Origin: Phoronis australis
Taxonomy: Eukaryota; Animalia; Phoronida
NCBI GenBank assembly: GCA_002633005.1
Contig: NMRA01000064.1
Span: 315,977-379,976, forward strand
Direction of reading: 5' to 3'
DNA length: 64,000 nt
Position numbers and translations under genes: made by a program. The notes under the pieces were generated by a model that was not told the origin of the DNA, ran no database searches, and worked only from the letters and a program-made list of their open reading frames with translations. Below, piece after piece: positions 37,001-50,808 of this stretch (the stretch's first letter is position 1; the number at the start of each line of letters is the position of its first letter).

Positions 37001-40000
37001 ACCTTTTTGGTGACAAAAAACGGGGTATCACCTCCACTTTGCGTCTTTGCCTTTTCCGTGGACTTTTGTCTCGTTCTCTCGGACTTTTTGTTTCTCTGAG
37101 GCGGACCTTTTTGCAAAAAATTAGCAAAAGATGCAGATGCGATACAAAATGTTTTGGGATTACACGAATGGGAAAACCCACCATGTTTCGTCAAGCCCAA
37201 TTAAGTAAGTGCATGCCATGAAGATGGTGATTGTCACTATAAAACTGTACCTTTGTCATAAAGGCACAGTTCAAAAATTTGCACTCTGGATTTGGCAATT
37301 TTTTACACCATTATAAAAAAGCTTTTTACTGTTTTAATGTTTATTACGAAATATTCAATACAATGAACATACGTAACCCAGAAAGCGCTAACAGGCGTTA
37401 TATTAAGTAAATACAAAGAAATTTATATACAGTTATAATACGCAAATACATGAATTAAAAAAATTGATGTTAAGATTACAATGACATGTGATTACGAATG
37501 TAAATAAATCATTTTCTTTCCCAGGTATACTATTCTATCCACTCATTCAAAGAGATTTAATATTGTAAACAAAATTTTGATACTATTTCGAATAAAACCA
37601 TATTTTCATTTGGGTTGCAAAGTTAATGCAAGTTAATATCGTAGATCTCCTGAAGGCTTGGCTGAGGGAAGATGGTATAGTGTATATATTACTTTGCCGC
37701 AGTCCTGGTCTTGTGTTAAGTCTTTTGTAGGAGTCAAAGAGGATTTTGTTTGAATAATTATTAATGTTAGTTAAGACTGAATGTATACATGGACTGGTGG
37801 AGTTTACGACGGGTTGCTAGTTTGCTCCAGTTGAGACTACGTACTAGGTACCTAAACAACACGGTCAACGGACTCATGAACACGGGCACGGACGCATGAA
37901 CACGACTCACGGACCTGCAAACACCGTCCACTGACTCACAAACACGGGAACGGACTCACAAAACACGATCCACGCACCCAAATACACGGGACACGGACTC
38001 ACATTCACGAGGAAACACGGTTAACGGACCGCCAAACACGGGCCACGAACTCATCGGCTTCCTGGGTCAGCTGACATCTTCATCATTTTGTCCGTGACCC
38101 GTGTTTGGCGGTCCGTTAACCGTGTTTCCTCGTGAATGTGAGTCCGTGTATTTGGGTGCGTGGATCGTGTTTTTGAGTCCGTTCCCGTGTTTGTGAGTCA
38201 GTGGACGGTGTTTGCAGGTCCGTGAGTCGTGTTTATGAGTCCGTTGACCGTGTAGTTTAGGTACCTTGACGTAGAACCTTAATTGTGTTGGACCCTTTGT
38301 ATGCTCCTGTTTTGGCTAACGCTGCTTCGTATTGTAGTCTTTCTAATTGAACAAGTATGCCAGCGTTTGCCGATTTATAGATTATGTCACAGTAATCTAG
38401 ATGTGGAAGTACAAAAGATTTGAACAGAGTTTCAAGATGCATGGAGTTGAGATGACAAGAGACAATTCTAATTAGATTGATTAATTTTTGTACTTTATGA
38501 ACGAGTTCGCGACAGTGACGAGTAAATGAGAGCTTATGGTCTAATAGCAAGCCAAGGTGTTTGTGTGGGAATTTATTGGGAATAACTTCCCCATTACGAG
38601 ATTTGTTTGGAAATTAGTATTATTAGACTTAGAAAATATAAGATCAACACTTTTTCAGGTTTAAATTTCATCTTCCATTTGTAAGACCAGTCACAGAGTT
38701 TGTTAAGGTCAGTTTACAATTGTAAGGAGTCGTGGGATGCTCTTTTGAGAATGGGTAGATAATTGCAGTGTCAACAGCACATAAGAATGTTTTAGAGTTT
38801 ATTGTGTCTGGAAGACCATTGGTGTACAGTAAAAAGAGTAAGGGAACTAGTACCCTACCCCGTGGTACTTCAGCGTTTACGAAACCTGGCGCTGATGAGG
38901 GTGATAAGACACCCTCAATTGGGACTTTGTAAGTTCGACATTACAGAAATGATTTTAAAACTAAGAGGAGAGTGCCTGAGAAACCGTAGGATTCTAATTT
39001 ATGAAGAAGCAGATCATGGGGAACGACATCAAAAGCTGACGCAATGTCTAAGAATACGGATCTCACGTTGTACTCTTGCTTAAACTGGAGGTGGATTTCA
39101 TGTACAATTTCTGTAAGTTGGGACACAGTGCTGTTACCAGGCATAAATTTAAATTGGCGACGATATATGAGGTTTTGTGAAGAGAGATGGTCAAACATGT
39201 GTTCAGTAGAATTATGGGACGATAGTCGGCAATGTGCGTTTTGGATTTCTTTTTGTGTATTAGTAACCCAACACCAAGTTTCCAGTCTAAAGGAAATTTT
39301 CCAGATTGTAGTATTTTGTTATACAATGTTATTAGAGGAACTGTAAGCTCTCTTGCTATTATCTTAATCCTTTTATTGGTTATTAGATTGCTTCTGTCGC
39401 TTTTGTTTTCGTTGATGTTTTTTTTTAGTAATTTTCGGACTTCAGATGGTTGGGCTTGTATGTCGGAGAGGTGTTCTAATGTTCTGCTTGGGAATTCGGG
39501 AAACTTTGTTGTTGGTGCAGTGTGACTCTTGGCGGTGAAGCATTCTAGAAATAACTTACTTTTTCAGCTTTGGATGACGCCTGAGTGTTGGACTCCTTTA
39601 AGTGGATGGTGGGGTGTGATATTTGCTTTACCTGGAGACATTGTTGATGTTGTTTTGTCTTTTTAATTAGTTCTTCCACATTCTTTCACTGTTCTTTGTA
39701 ACACTTAAACGTGCACGAGTTATTTGATTTTCTGATTTAATTTTATCGTTAAACCACGGCTTGTTCTTGTTTCTTATTGTTTTCATGGTTGATGGGATAT
39801 TATTATATAGTATGTTGTAGAGTGACTGTGTGAATGTTGAGACTGCGTCATATAAGTCACTTTTGTTAGTTAAATGTGCTTATGTCGGTGCGCAGTTTGC
39901 CCATGCTAATGAGGCTGTAATTCCAGATCCTTTTGATAATGTCTGGTTCTTTAGGTGCCTAGTTGATTGTGAATGTTGCTTCTATAACGTGGTGGTCTGA

Positions 40001-43000
40001 GTTACCAATCGGAGGTATTCCGAGATTATTGGTAATACATCATCGAGGCAAGAAAGCCAATACTCTGTTAACCGTGTCGGCTCGTTTATTAGTTGTAGAC
40101 ACAGTCATTTGAGAGGAGAATATCGAATAATTCGAGACCAGCTTGGTTGTCATTGTCTTCTGAGTAAAAGTACTATTTCTTGCTTTGAAATCCCCGTTGA
40201 TAACAATTGTTTTATTAGTTTGTGAGAGTTCTTGCAATTGTTGTGAAAAGGTCTTGAAGTATGCTTTCCTTTCATGGGACGTATGTGAGGGTGAGCGATA
40301 GAAAAAAACATAATATACCTTCTTGTGGTTGACATAAAGTTCAGTCCAACAGTTATTCATTGACTGTATATTTTTTTATCATTATTTTGTAATTTACGGA
40401 GTTGTGGACAAACAATATCAACCCCCTACCGGAGTTAGTGTGGTAGGCAATGTTGTATTCTGGAATAATAAGTGCACAGAGGTTGTCTTCGGACAGTGTT
40501 CCGGATTCACAAATGGCTATGACCATGTAATTGTTGGCTATAATAAATTGCTTGAGAAGTTCAAATCATGAAAGATTGTTCCCTGGATACTGTTGATGTT
40601 AGTGAATAAGACCTTGAAGTTGGCTGAAACCTGAGTGTCTGGTCCTGGATTGAGCTCTATGTCACCAGCAGTCAAAAGGCTCTGCTCAATGATAACTTTT
40701 GATATTACATGACTTCTTCATTATGTAGTAAACATTAAGTAAGTGCACGGTTCGGGATCGTTTTCGTAGCAGATAAGTGACGTTGAACAAAATGGGCGAA
40801 AAGCAGTGAGGTATTTTTGTTTTCCAGACACTTGGACAATTGTAATTACTATCTGTGGAGTTAAAAACTGATAAATTTATACGGTTCATACTTAACATGC
40901 TAACAACAGAAAAAGAAATATATACAGGTGTGTGAATAGACTAAAAGTATTGGAGTAAGGACAAAAGCAGTGAACACTACCACCACTAATTTTATTACAT
41001 TAAGTTAGGCTAAGTCTTGCAAATACAAAACTGATGAATGAGTAACATTAAAAAGTGAAGTAGATAGGCGTACTACGGATGTGAGATTAATTCAAATAGA
41101 TGAAAGTCAACGGAGTAGACAATTTGTACATGTGTAGAACATGAATACTGTACTTTAGGATGAAAAGATATTGCCAGTTTCATTGTATTTTTACACATGA
41201 CGCCTCCCGAGTCAAATAGAGCTCTAAGTCAATACGATACTCGTTTGGCCATTTTAGCTTGAACGTCAGTGGTGATTAAAGTTGAAACAACTTAAAAAGC
41301 GAATTTAACTCATGACCTGAGTCTCACTTGATGCAATTACTAGGTCAGTAGATGAAAATGAAATATTTGAGGTAACATACATGTACATGTATTTAAATGA
41401 TACAGTTGCAGTTGTCAAGTTCAGTGTAGTTTCATAATCAAAACAGAAGTGAGACGTAAAATTCCTTAAAAATATGCATTACTAAGGTAAAAGATGTTCC
41501 GATTTCACTCCTTGTTTTTTCATTGTTATCAGGAAGCCAAATTTGTAAGCTGTAGCTAATTGACCCAGAAGTGCGTTTAAAGTACTTTATCACTTTCAAA
41601 ATCAAAATTCAAGCGAGTTGTACTTTTTGCTGCACCGAGTTTGTCCGTGGTCCAAAACTTGCCATGCCATTATCAAAATCAAAATTTATCGGCAAGAACT
41701 CGCGTTGGCTTTCTTTGAGCGTATGATTATGTTCTTGGGTCACAGGTTTTTTTTTCACAGAATGACTTGTAACCATACATCGGCACCATACTAGCCTCTA
41801 AATTTATGTTAACATGAACCACGAGAGTATGCAGGGGCCTTTTGGTAACCACTATGAAGCAATTTCTGGAAATTTGGATTTGGGGTAAATTAGGAGTCAG
41901 AAAATATTAGTGTGCCAGTAAGGTAATAGCCACTATGATGGTGCGTCTTAGTTATGTCAAAGATTTTATAAATACTATAGTATCTTTGGTTATGTAACAC
42001 TTTCATTATAAACGCAGCACCTGTAAACGGATGAGTGGATTAAAGACGAGAATTTGTTTATTAATCGGTGGCCTGTAGTAGACTCGGAGTGACAGAGACT
42101 CCGGCTGCGCTCAGAACAGAGTAAACAAACATGGCGAGAGTTGACTAAGGGATTACGCTATAGCTTTAATTTTAAACTGAATAACATGTGTTGCATTCTA
42201 CCTGGGAACCAGTATTTTACTGGTTCCTAGATTCTACAAATCTTAGTTGCCAACTGATGCGGAGTACAGGCTACAGTTCACAGTTTTCGAGCACAAGTAA
42301 TTCTGTTACGGAAGAGATTTGTTTGATCTTCTTATCTTTCAGTTGAATCAAAATGTTTCCATCATGGTTCCAGGTTCTATTTATTGTGTTTGACTTCACG
42401 AGGCGCCAACAGCGAGTAAACAGACTGGATCTCCTTTTGTTCAAATTTTCGTTAATATACAGTGGTCTGTCTTGGTATCTGAGTTTGCTTTTATGGTGGA
42501 GAAACATCGCACGGGTGTTGTAAGCTATGGATTTTAATATGATTGGCCTTGACGAATTGGGTTTCTAGGGTCCTAGTCTATGAGATCTACATATGTCTTC
42601 GTAACTAACGTCGATATTACTAAGCGTATTGCCAGACACACATTGATATTTTGACCATTTTCATAATGAATGCAATGAGTTTTTGAAATATGGAAAGCCA
42701 AGAAGATGGTAAATCTTAAGAAAATCCCCCCTCTTATCTATCAAAGCCCCTTCCCAAGGTCTTGAATGTCAAAAGGACACAACCAGGTTTTCAGTCCTCA
42801 CATGACAAATGATTAATGTGTAACTCTAACAAAAGGTCAGTTCTTGTACCTGCCCAGTTGACAGATCACATTTCATGGTCACATGCTTAGCCAGTACACC
42901 TGGTGGTCAGCTCCAAGGATGGTCATCAGAGTCACATGCTAGATCAACACTGACACAAGGTCAGCGTCTCTCATTAACAATGACATAGCATGAGCTTGGT

Positions 43001-45885
43001 CATCTGGGGTAGTAGGATAGTGGTCTTGACCAGGTGTCATGGTCAGTTGCTCAGTGAGTCACCAAGATCAAGTACACAGAAGCTCATTGATTACATCAGA
43101 CCACAAACAGGTTGAGACCTGGAGCAGATATTTATGTGCAGCACTCAGCTGACAGACACTGGTAATATTCTGGTCACATGCTTGAAATGATCAGGTGACT
43201 AACGTGTGATCTAGTACACAAAGGTAACTCATCACAATTCAGTTCTATTTATGGCAATCGCATGCTTTTAACACACGTAATAGCCACACGAAAACAGGCA
43301 TTGTGCGAAAGAATTTCGCAAAAGAAATTAAATCGGGAAAGAAACTGTTCCATGGGTAATTTTGTCAGAAAGGCAACATTTCCACATGGAAAGTCAAACT
43401 GGTTGGGAAGAAGTCACCCCTTCAGTAGGATTACACTGGATACACGCCATATACGATAAAAACATCAAAGGAACACAACAGCTATCCAAGTCCTTGATAC
43501 AAAACTGCATTTTGGCATTCAGCCATATACAGCTAGCTGGTTGGCTACCCCCATCCCATGCCCCCGTAACTTTTCGCAATTTCAATTTACAGGCACAGCA
43601 AACAAGTACTATTTGACATATAAAATACATGTACTTTAATATCAGCGCACTACATCACATTATATTCTGCAGACTACAATACATGGTAATTAACTACGAC
43701 AATTACTATATAGTTGCCAAATCACGAGCCCCACTTAACACCTAAACAGACTATGATGGTGATACCATCAATCGAAACCCGTGACATGATCATTTTAACC
43801 ACGTCGAGAGCCCTGGTAATGCCAGCTAGGTAAATCGCAACAACCTGCATTCTAATAAATACAGCATAATTTTTCTACAGGTGAAGGACCTGTCATGCAC
43901 TGATGAACAAATCACAAGGTGTACCAGGTATGGGTACAACAGCTGATGAGAGATCTGTGAATGTATTGTCTGAGGGACAGGGTTAACACATTGTAACAAA
44001 TGAGCTATATTCATGACATTCGATAAAATCTTACCAACTTCGGACAAAAATAATTGCCAAAATTGGTCTTCTTTAATTTTTCAAATGCTTCTAATACTGT
44101 TTTGAATGTCCACAGTTTCTGGAAATATTGTCTGAAGGTAGCTTTGGCACAGACATTTATAATGATGTAGCATCTGTTTGGTGCTACTCATCTTTTATTA
44201 AAAATATGAAAACATAAGTTTCACTTGTCCACCATACTGTGTCCTAAATTGACGAGTTTTTTACCGCACACTCAAGTGGACCTATTTCATGAGCTAATGA
44301 TGTTCCAAAATCTTAATGAGAAAAATTGGTTTGCAAACTGATTAGCACTTTTAAAAAAGATTTATTTGCGATATTTATATATAAATTTCAAATACTTGAA
44401 TCAATCCTGAATTCAACTTTTCTATCATGCGGAAGAAAAACAAAGTGCATTGGTGACCTAGTTTTAGAAAGATCCGGCTGCAAACGCATTTTTGAGGCAA
44501 GTCAAACAAGTGAAGAACATTTTCTCATGCCTCACCCAGCTCTTCAAATTTGTTGATGTCTGCATCGCAGAAATAATAAATTGTGATTAGCAACTGAAGG
44601 TCAAGTGCCCAACAAACACTAAACATTGTAGGTTCTATCTACACAAGGTAAAATCCAGATTTTCTAGCCCGTTGCCATGGTAGCATCAGAACATAGCAAC
44701 AGGACAGAAGGCCACGGTTAAAAGAGTTAGCAAACCATTCATCAGGTGGTATCAGAGAACAGAATCCCAACTCATCTATTTTGGCTAATTTTAATGGTAT
44801 TTCTTTGGGTAAAAATGATCATCATGTTGGTCTTGGATAAGATAACAAGTCTACATAGTGGCTTAAACTTCTGCGTATAGTGGGCTAGAATTTTGTGAAT
44901 GGTCATAAAACACGGGTGTCATTCACAAAGAATAGGCCATTTGAAATTGACATGCAAGGTAAGAGAAAGCAGGTCTTTGTGATTTGCTTTTACGGCTCTC
45001 ATACTAACGTGGACGCGTCGATGTTTTGGGGGGTTGCAATCAGTATGAATGGTTAACTTCGGTCCTGGATCGAAGTAAACAGCGCCAGTTAACTTCGCAA
45101 TAAATACGATTTTACAGTGGAGCATCGATACTGCGGTGCAGTACGAACGGTCAACTTGCTTGCCAGGGGACAATGTCATCGTCAACAATTGAAGGCCAGT
45201 GTCATCATTAATAGTTGCTTGTATTTTGCTCAAATAATCACTAATCGAATTAGAAGTAAATTTTATGGCAAATAGCACGTGCAAATGTTCCTGTATTGTC
45301 ACATTAAAAAATCTTAGCGTGCATCGATGCATCAGCGTTACCTACTTCGATGACCGACAACAGCGAGACCTACAATACATGATGGTACCTCAAGTGTGAC
45401 AATTTTTTTAATTCACGTAGTCCGTGTCAATAAACAACTGTAACAAGCTACAATAGAGATAGTGGTCTCTGTTTATAGGAGGGCATCTGACACATGTTGA
45501 AGGCCTATGGGACCTGTTGAGACGGTGGTACTGTCTAAGTTCACATCAGTGGTGGACCAACTAACCATGGTCATGTCATACAGACATGATAGATAAATAG
45601 CTGGCACATACCCAACCAGCTCCACCACACTGCACCACAGTGGCACAACAGCCACTAAACACTGAACACCGTCTCTAGCCGACTAGTCAGCTAGAGTCGG
45701 TGGTCACTGTCTCAACAGCCACAGGCACTTGTTCTAGAACGACAAATGAAAATCTCACCAATTACAGGTCGGTCATTTGTTGGCTTGAAAGTTTCAGACA
45801 CATAGTAGGAGCCGGGAGCTCTCGAGCACCGTCCTTGCTCAACCACCAACACAAAGCACATGAATACAAAGACGGAGCGCCACAT
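31053..45885 (-). CDS. GGH: Gamma-glutamyl hydrolase, paralogue B, 340 aa, intact
   Basis: Exons (-): 45759-45885, 36772-36889, 35768-35818, 35025-35109, 34503-34641, 32955-33061, 32641-32731, 32125-32262, 31053-31219. GT-AG, in phase (1023 nt), WGTC and FHPEK intact; ~92% aa identity to paralogue A by hand count. Confidence 0.95.
31428..31717. mobile_element. MITE (290 bp) in GGH-B intron 8
   Basis: TIR CAGCGGCGGAT...ATCCGCCCCTG; TACAC duplicated relative to the empty site in copy A (~11336). Confidence 0.8.
37335..42630 (-). mobile_element. Degenerate CR1/L2-like non-LTR retrotransposon (ORF1 fragment, APE endonuclease, RT), copy B only
   Basis: Frameshifted fragments: ORF1-like PLYINENLNKRRSSLF...TWNHDGNILI (42271-42560); endonuclease NINSI, YRSP, INGDFKARN, GNSDHH; RT YRPIILL, GNSTVSQL, VFLDIASAFDVVPHDLLLHKLESYG, LFKSFVLPHLDYCDIIY. 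It occupies the place of ~660 bp present in copy A (~18105-18765). Confidence 0.9.
37844..38268. mobile_element. Foldback-type MITE nested in the LINE
   Basis: ~190-bp inverted arms made of ~18-19-bp AAACACG..ACGGAC subrepeats; ACGTA direct repeats at 37839-37843 and 38269-38273. Confidence 0.85.
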
Positions 45886-46669
45886 CTTCCTCTGAAGAGT
45901 TGGTTTCTTGTTTTCGATGTACGCTGCATCACGCGCCGTGTTTATAGATTTCGTATAACAAACACTAGTGCCATCTACCAGGTCAAATAAACTAGTTTGC
46001 GATGATGTCAGTTTCGCAAGAGTCAACTGGTCACCGGTCTTGGCGTTTCACCGTTGGAAAAACCGGCTACCACTGGCAGGGAGCTGTTTAATATGATGTA
46101 ATTTGAACGTTTCGAACCCAGTTAAACAAAAAAAGTCAAAATAAAAAAACAATGAACATAATCAGGCCAAATTTACGTAGCGTTGTAAATTATGTGCTTC
46201 GACGTAGGCCGAAATGCTATTTTAGCAAGTTCAAAGATTCATTCAAGTCTTTTAGTCCAACCAATATTGATATTAAAAATTAAATCTTAAATTAGAAAGG
46301 AATTCTTCAATACAAACACAAAATTATTGTACCACTCTCTTGGGGTTGTTGTTTGTGTTATCCTAATGATATTTGCATTCATTACTTATTAAACGACTAT
46401 ACCTGGGCGATCACAACCATCAATTTCGAGTCGAAGTTTTCGTTTCATGGGATAACTGCCCATTACTTCAATGTTGTTTGTGCAAGGCGACTTTATTCGG
46501 CTCGGAGGGAGTATAGTTGAGGACAACCAGCCATCGCGCTCAAGAACTCGAGAGGCTGGCGGAGAATAAACAACATAGCTCATGGGGTAAGGCATGCTAA
46601 ATTTTTCCAAAGTTTGTGGAGCCTAAGTTTTATTGGACTTACACTCATGTAGAGCACCTAACGAGCATG

Positions 46670-46890
46670 ACAGTGGATAGCCTTAGTGGGTAAAAGTGCC
46701 CCGGCTGTCTTCCCGGCTTTCCTCAAGGTTGACGGTGGTTTCGATCCCCGCCGGAGGCACACTGCTAGACCCCAGTGAGTCAAGTCTCTAGCTCCTCAGC
46801 TCGATTTTAACTATATAATAAAACATAAAGATGGTTCCAGGTGATCAGTGCAATGAGCTCACCTCAGTGACCTGCGCACGTCTGGTACCA
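46670..46890 (+). mobile_element. tRNA-derived SINE-like element (family also at ~22909-23025 and ~63180-63395)
   Basis: Box A TAGCCTTAGTGG, box B GTTTCGATCCC; body CAAGTCTCTAGCTCCTC...ATGGTTCCAGGTGATCAGTGCA...CCTGCGCACG shared by three loci. Confidence 0.7.
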
Positions 46891-47484
46891 GAAAGAGAGT
46901 CTGCATTCATTATAGTTAAGGATCGAGCATGAGTACTAATCAAAAGAATGTTGACACCAAGGCCAGTGAACATGTTTTTCAGTAGTCAGTAACTCATATT
47001 TTTTCAGTGGATGGGACAATAGATCGAGATTTTTTCATTTAATCACTCCGGTATGTCGGTTATCTTGAAGACGAAATAATACAACTATTGGAGTGAGTCT
47101 CCCCGAATCGTTCCTTAGTAAATTAAAACAGAAGGAAACATGCAAACTCTTTTCAGTCCTAGTCGCACAACAGATGTTTAAAAATGTTTTTCGGTAAATA
47201 TTAACATCCCGTTGAACTGGGATCAAATCGTGTTCGGCGCCGGCAGCCTTTCGCTGAGTGGTCAGGGTGCTAGTATACCTTCATGCCACTCGCTGTGAGC
47301 GCGCGGGAGGAGTTGCGCGATTTGAAACACAAGCGTGTTCCGTATTTCAAGCCAATGGTTCTAGAATAACGAGCACCGAAATAACTAAAATGGTGATGTC
47401 GGACATAACTCACATACTTATTGTATTGTAAAAGGAATACTTTTAAATGGATTTTATTTACATTGAAGGTGTTCCGTACAAAAG

Positions 47485-50167
47485 ATGGTCAACCGTGAAG
47501 GCACCGGGTCCATAAAACCATCAAGAACAAAGACGGAGTCTCCGACATCCTCCCTCTGTATAAGGTAATGAGAACATAGTATTTTTCAATGGAATCATCT
47601 ATGAGAAAACTGTTTTATGCCGTGCCGGGATAAACAGATATGCTTGATTGAACCGCCAACTCACTAACGCGGCGTGCAAGCTAGATTCAATAAGGTCAAA
47701 ACAAATATTGGCTTTGATCTCCTTTTGAAAGTCCAGTCGGCGGTGAGGTTGTTTTTGGTTGTTAACTTTTTCATAAAAGAAAATCTATGGGAGACGAGCA
47801 AACCTGATGTAGATTATTTTTTTCTTTTACTCATCGCTCAGCAAATCATAGTGTTCTAAGCCTTCTTATCCTGGTTTGTGAAGCTTTGGCTGAAATCGGT
47901 ACGTTTTATTCGGTGAGCGCACGCCAACAGTGGCTGATCTGCGTTCTCAGTAAGGGAGGTTAGGATTCGCGTGAATGCGAGGCTCTTAGCGCCGATCGGA
48001 GGGAAGGTCGGGTGGTAGTTACCCCCTCCCGTGTAATATTTTTTTGTTTTTAGTAGCTGCCTTCGTTTTCCTGGCGACATTTTTTAATTTTCATTTTTGA
48101 TCCTGTCCCGAGGGGGGTTTGAACCCCCTAAACCCCCGCCCGTAGATCCGCCTCTAAAGACCAACGGCGAGACCATCTCGTGCACGCGCGCTAGTGTTGT
48201 CTAACTAGGAGTTTAGATCTTAACTTTTTGAAGGATACCTGAAGCACTTGACATATGGCACACGGGCGACATTTGTGAACTAGGCACGCTACGAACCATT
48301 GGCTATTATTGTGGGACAGGAGCTTTTCCCGCAGATCGTCAATTTTTTGTCCTAAGATAAAGGAAAACTGTTCCAAAATAAATAACAAAATTAATATTTT
48401 GTTAACACTTATACTGACGTAATTCCCAATTTCACGAGAAATTTCACTTTCTTTACCATCACAAATGAACCTTTTTTCTAAAACCATTTCTGAAAAAACT
48501 AAGTCATTAAAAACAATAATTCTGCCTGAGGAAGTTAGACGACGGCAGGGCACATTTAGGACAGCAAAAAGAAGGTCGAGATTCATCCGTGCTTCATCCC
48601 ATTGCCACCATGAAAATTTCTATCGATAATTTAGTGTCTGTTGCTTCTATTACACCTAACTTCCGCAATATCAGCTAACTTGACTTTAACAGCTTTGTAT
48701 AAAAACAATCACTTAATGGCTTAGAGATGGACACACATTTAATTTATCGTTGAATCGTTGATATTTTGTATTTTGGTCCTTACCTGCTTCTAATCTGTAA
48801 AACAAAGTTGGCTCACAGCGTTAGATTTTTCTGTTGTTGCCGCCTTTTAACAGAGGCACTAATAGCAAAGATGTTGAATTTACATGACTTTCTGAAAAGA
48901 CACTTCTAATTAAATCAATGATTAAAAATACTTTTAAAAAACCGATTAATTTCGTCCCACGATGTCACCTTTTTATTTTACGGACTCTGATTATTTTTCC
49001 GGTTCACTGATTCTCTTACGTCGTCGGAATTTCAGTACATCGAATTTCAAGCGCTTTGACTGTTACAGTATGCTTCATTTTGTTGTCCCTCGTGTTTGTT
49101 ATGAAATAATAAAAAATGTTCGTCTACTTAGTTTCTTTATTTTTAGATTAATAAAACGTCACATACATGTATCAATGTGCCACGTGACCTACTCAAAAGC
49201 TCGCCAAGTTCGCTTTCACGATTGTATCGCAGCGTTTCACTGTAGGCCTGTTACGAATTGTGTATTACGTTGTTAGCTTTGTGTTAAGGCGAGAAGTTTC
49301 TTCCTTAATAAATTCAATATATCTAAAAACTGAGCCCACATTTCAGAGTGAAAATAAATAAGGAGTATTAAAAGTATTTGTCTTAATTTAGTGTTGTTGG
49401 CTAGATTATTGACAAATCTGGACTTTTTGGTGCCTAGACAGAAACATTTAGGGATGAAGAATATCTGCGACTGATTGTCCAATCAAGTTAAAATTTTGTG
49501 TTGCCGGAGGTGATAACAAATAAGGTAATTTTCTGGCCTGGGGAGTGACTTTCACAAGATGGCTTTTCATTAAAATCAAGAAGACTTATTGATTTTTTAT
49601 TTTTCTACCAATAGAAATCAGAAAGAGAACCCCAACGAAGATACGCGAGAGTCTGTCACAAAAGAAGAAGCAAATGCACAAGAAATTGTCAGTGCTGAGA
49701 AAGATGGCGAACCTAACGACAGCTCGCGTAGTCCAGCCCGCGCCACCTTAAAGAACGCATCACAGGATGGAAGAATATTTGACCAAAACGTATCTAGTGT
49801 TCACTCATACGACTGTGATGACGAGTACCTAGAAGAATTGCTTTCTTCAAACCATGGAAATGGCTCGAGAGATGGAGCTGATGTCGCCGGTTCCATGTCA
49901 CAGTCCTCTGCCAAGGAATTTATCGAAATGGACAGAGTAACAGGGACTCCTAAGAATGAATTCACTGAACACAAAAACACGCCAACAGAATTACTGTCTG
50001 TTGAAAACGTGTTATCAACTGGTAATGGTCCGGTAAAATATGATGAAGGGCGAACAGAAAGTAGAAACGAGAAAAAGGGTGGTTGGGAAAAAATCCGCAG
50101 AGCACTTTACATCCGCAATACGGTGTTGCGACACTTGATTTTAAAAGAATGGCAGAAACACCATTGA
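47485..50167 (+). CDS. Uncharacterised 210-aa protein, copy B
   Basis: Exons 47485-47564 and 49615-50167; same structure as copy A, ~85% aa identity (31 substitutions, no indels, hand count). Confidence 0.65.
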
Positions 50168-50808
50168 ACATGCAGAGTAAAAAAAACTGTCATTAATGTA
50201 AGCATCCATATTGGTTTCCAATATGTGGAGGTGTCAAGCAAAACAAAAATCACACCAGTATGCTTAGCTTTCCCACGAGGACCACAGCGGGTCGCACAAT
50301 TGATCCCCTAAGCACGAGGACTACAATGTATTCAACAACAACTGAACCCGGCAAATCCATGGGGGTCATTACACCAATGTCAGGAAACCGGTGAACATGA
50401 CACTCGCCGTGTGTCAATGCCCTCGTGACGTCAGAATGAGGGCAGCCACTATGCATGTACAAATGGAAAGACAAAGAATTGATCCAATATAAACGAAAAC
50501 ACTAATATAAATAATTAAGCAGATTAAATGAAACAAATTGACATTTCTTTGATGAATGTATTAAAAAGTTATCATACATCAGGCAACACCCAACTCGAAC
50601 CCACCAGGAGTACCATTTAAGTATGGTGAGGATTTTGAAATAAGTCAGTTGGTCAGATTTTTTACTATATTAAAACTACGATCGGATTTGTGTATTATAT
50701 AATGTATTTCAACATTTCATCTCTCCTTTCTCTTAGTTTTTGCAATATGTGTGGGATAAATATTTATTCAGTTACCTGTCAGTGATTTTAAGTCCACGCT
50801 GTTGGGTC

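Noticed and set aside
38892-38920. CTGATGAG plus GGGTG/CACCC stem resembling a hammerhead ribozyme core
   Set aside because: The required GAAA after stem II is absent, and it lies within LINE RT sequence.
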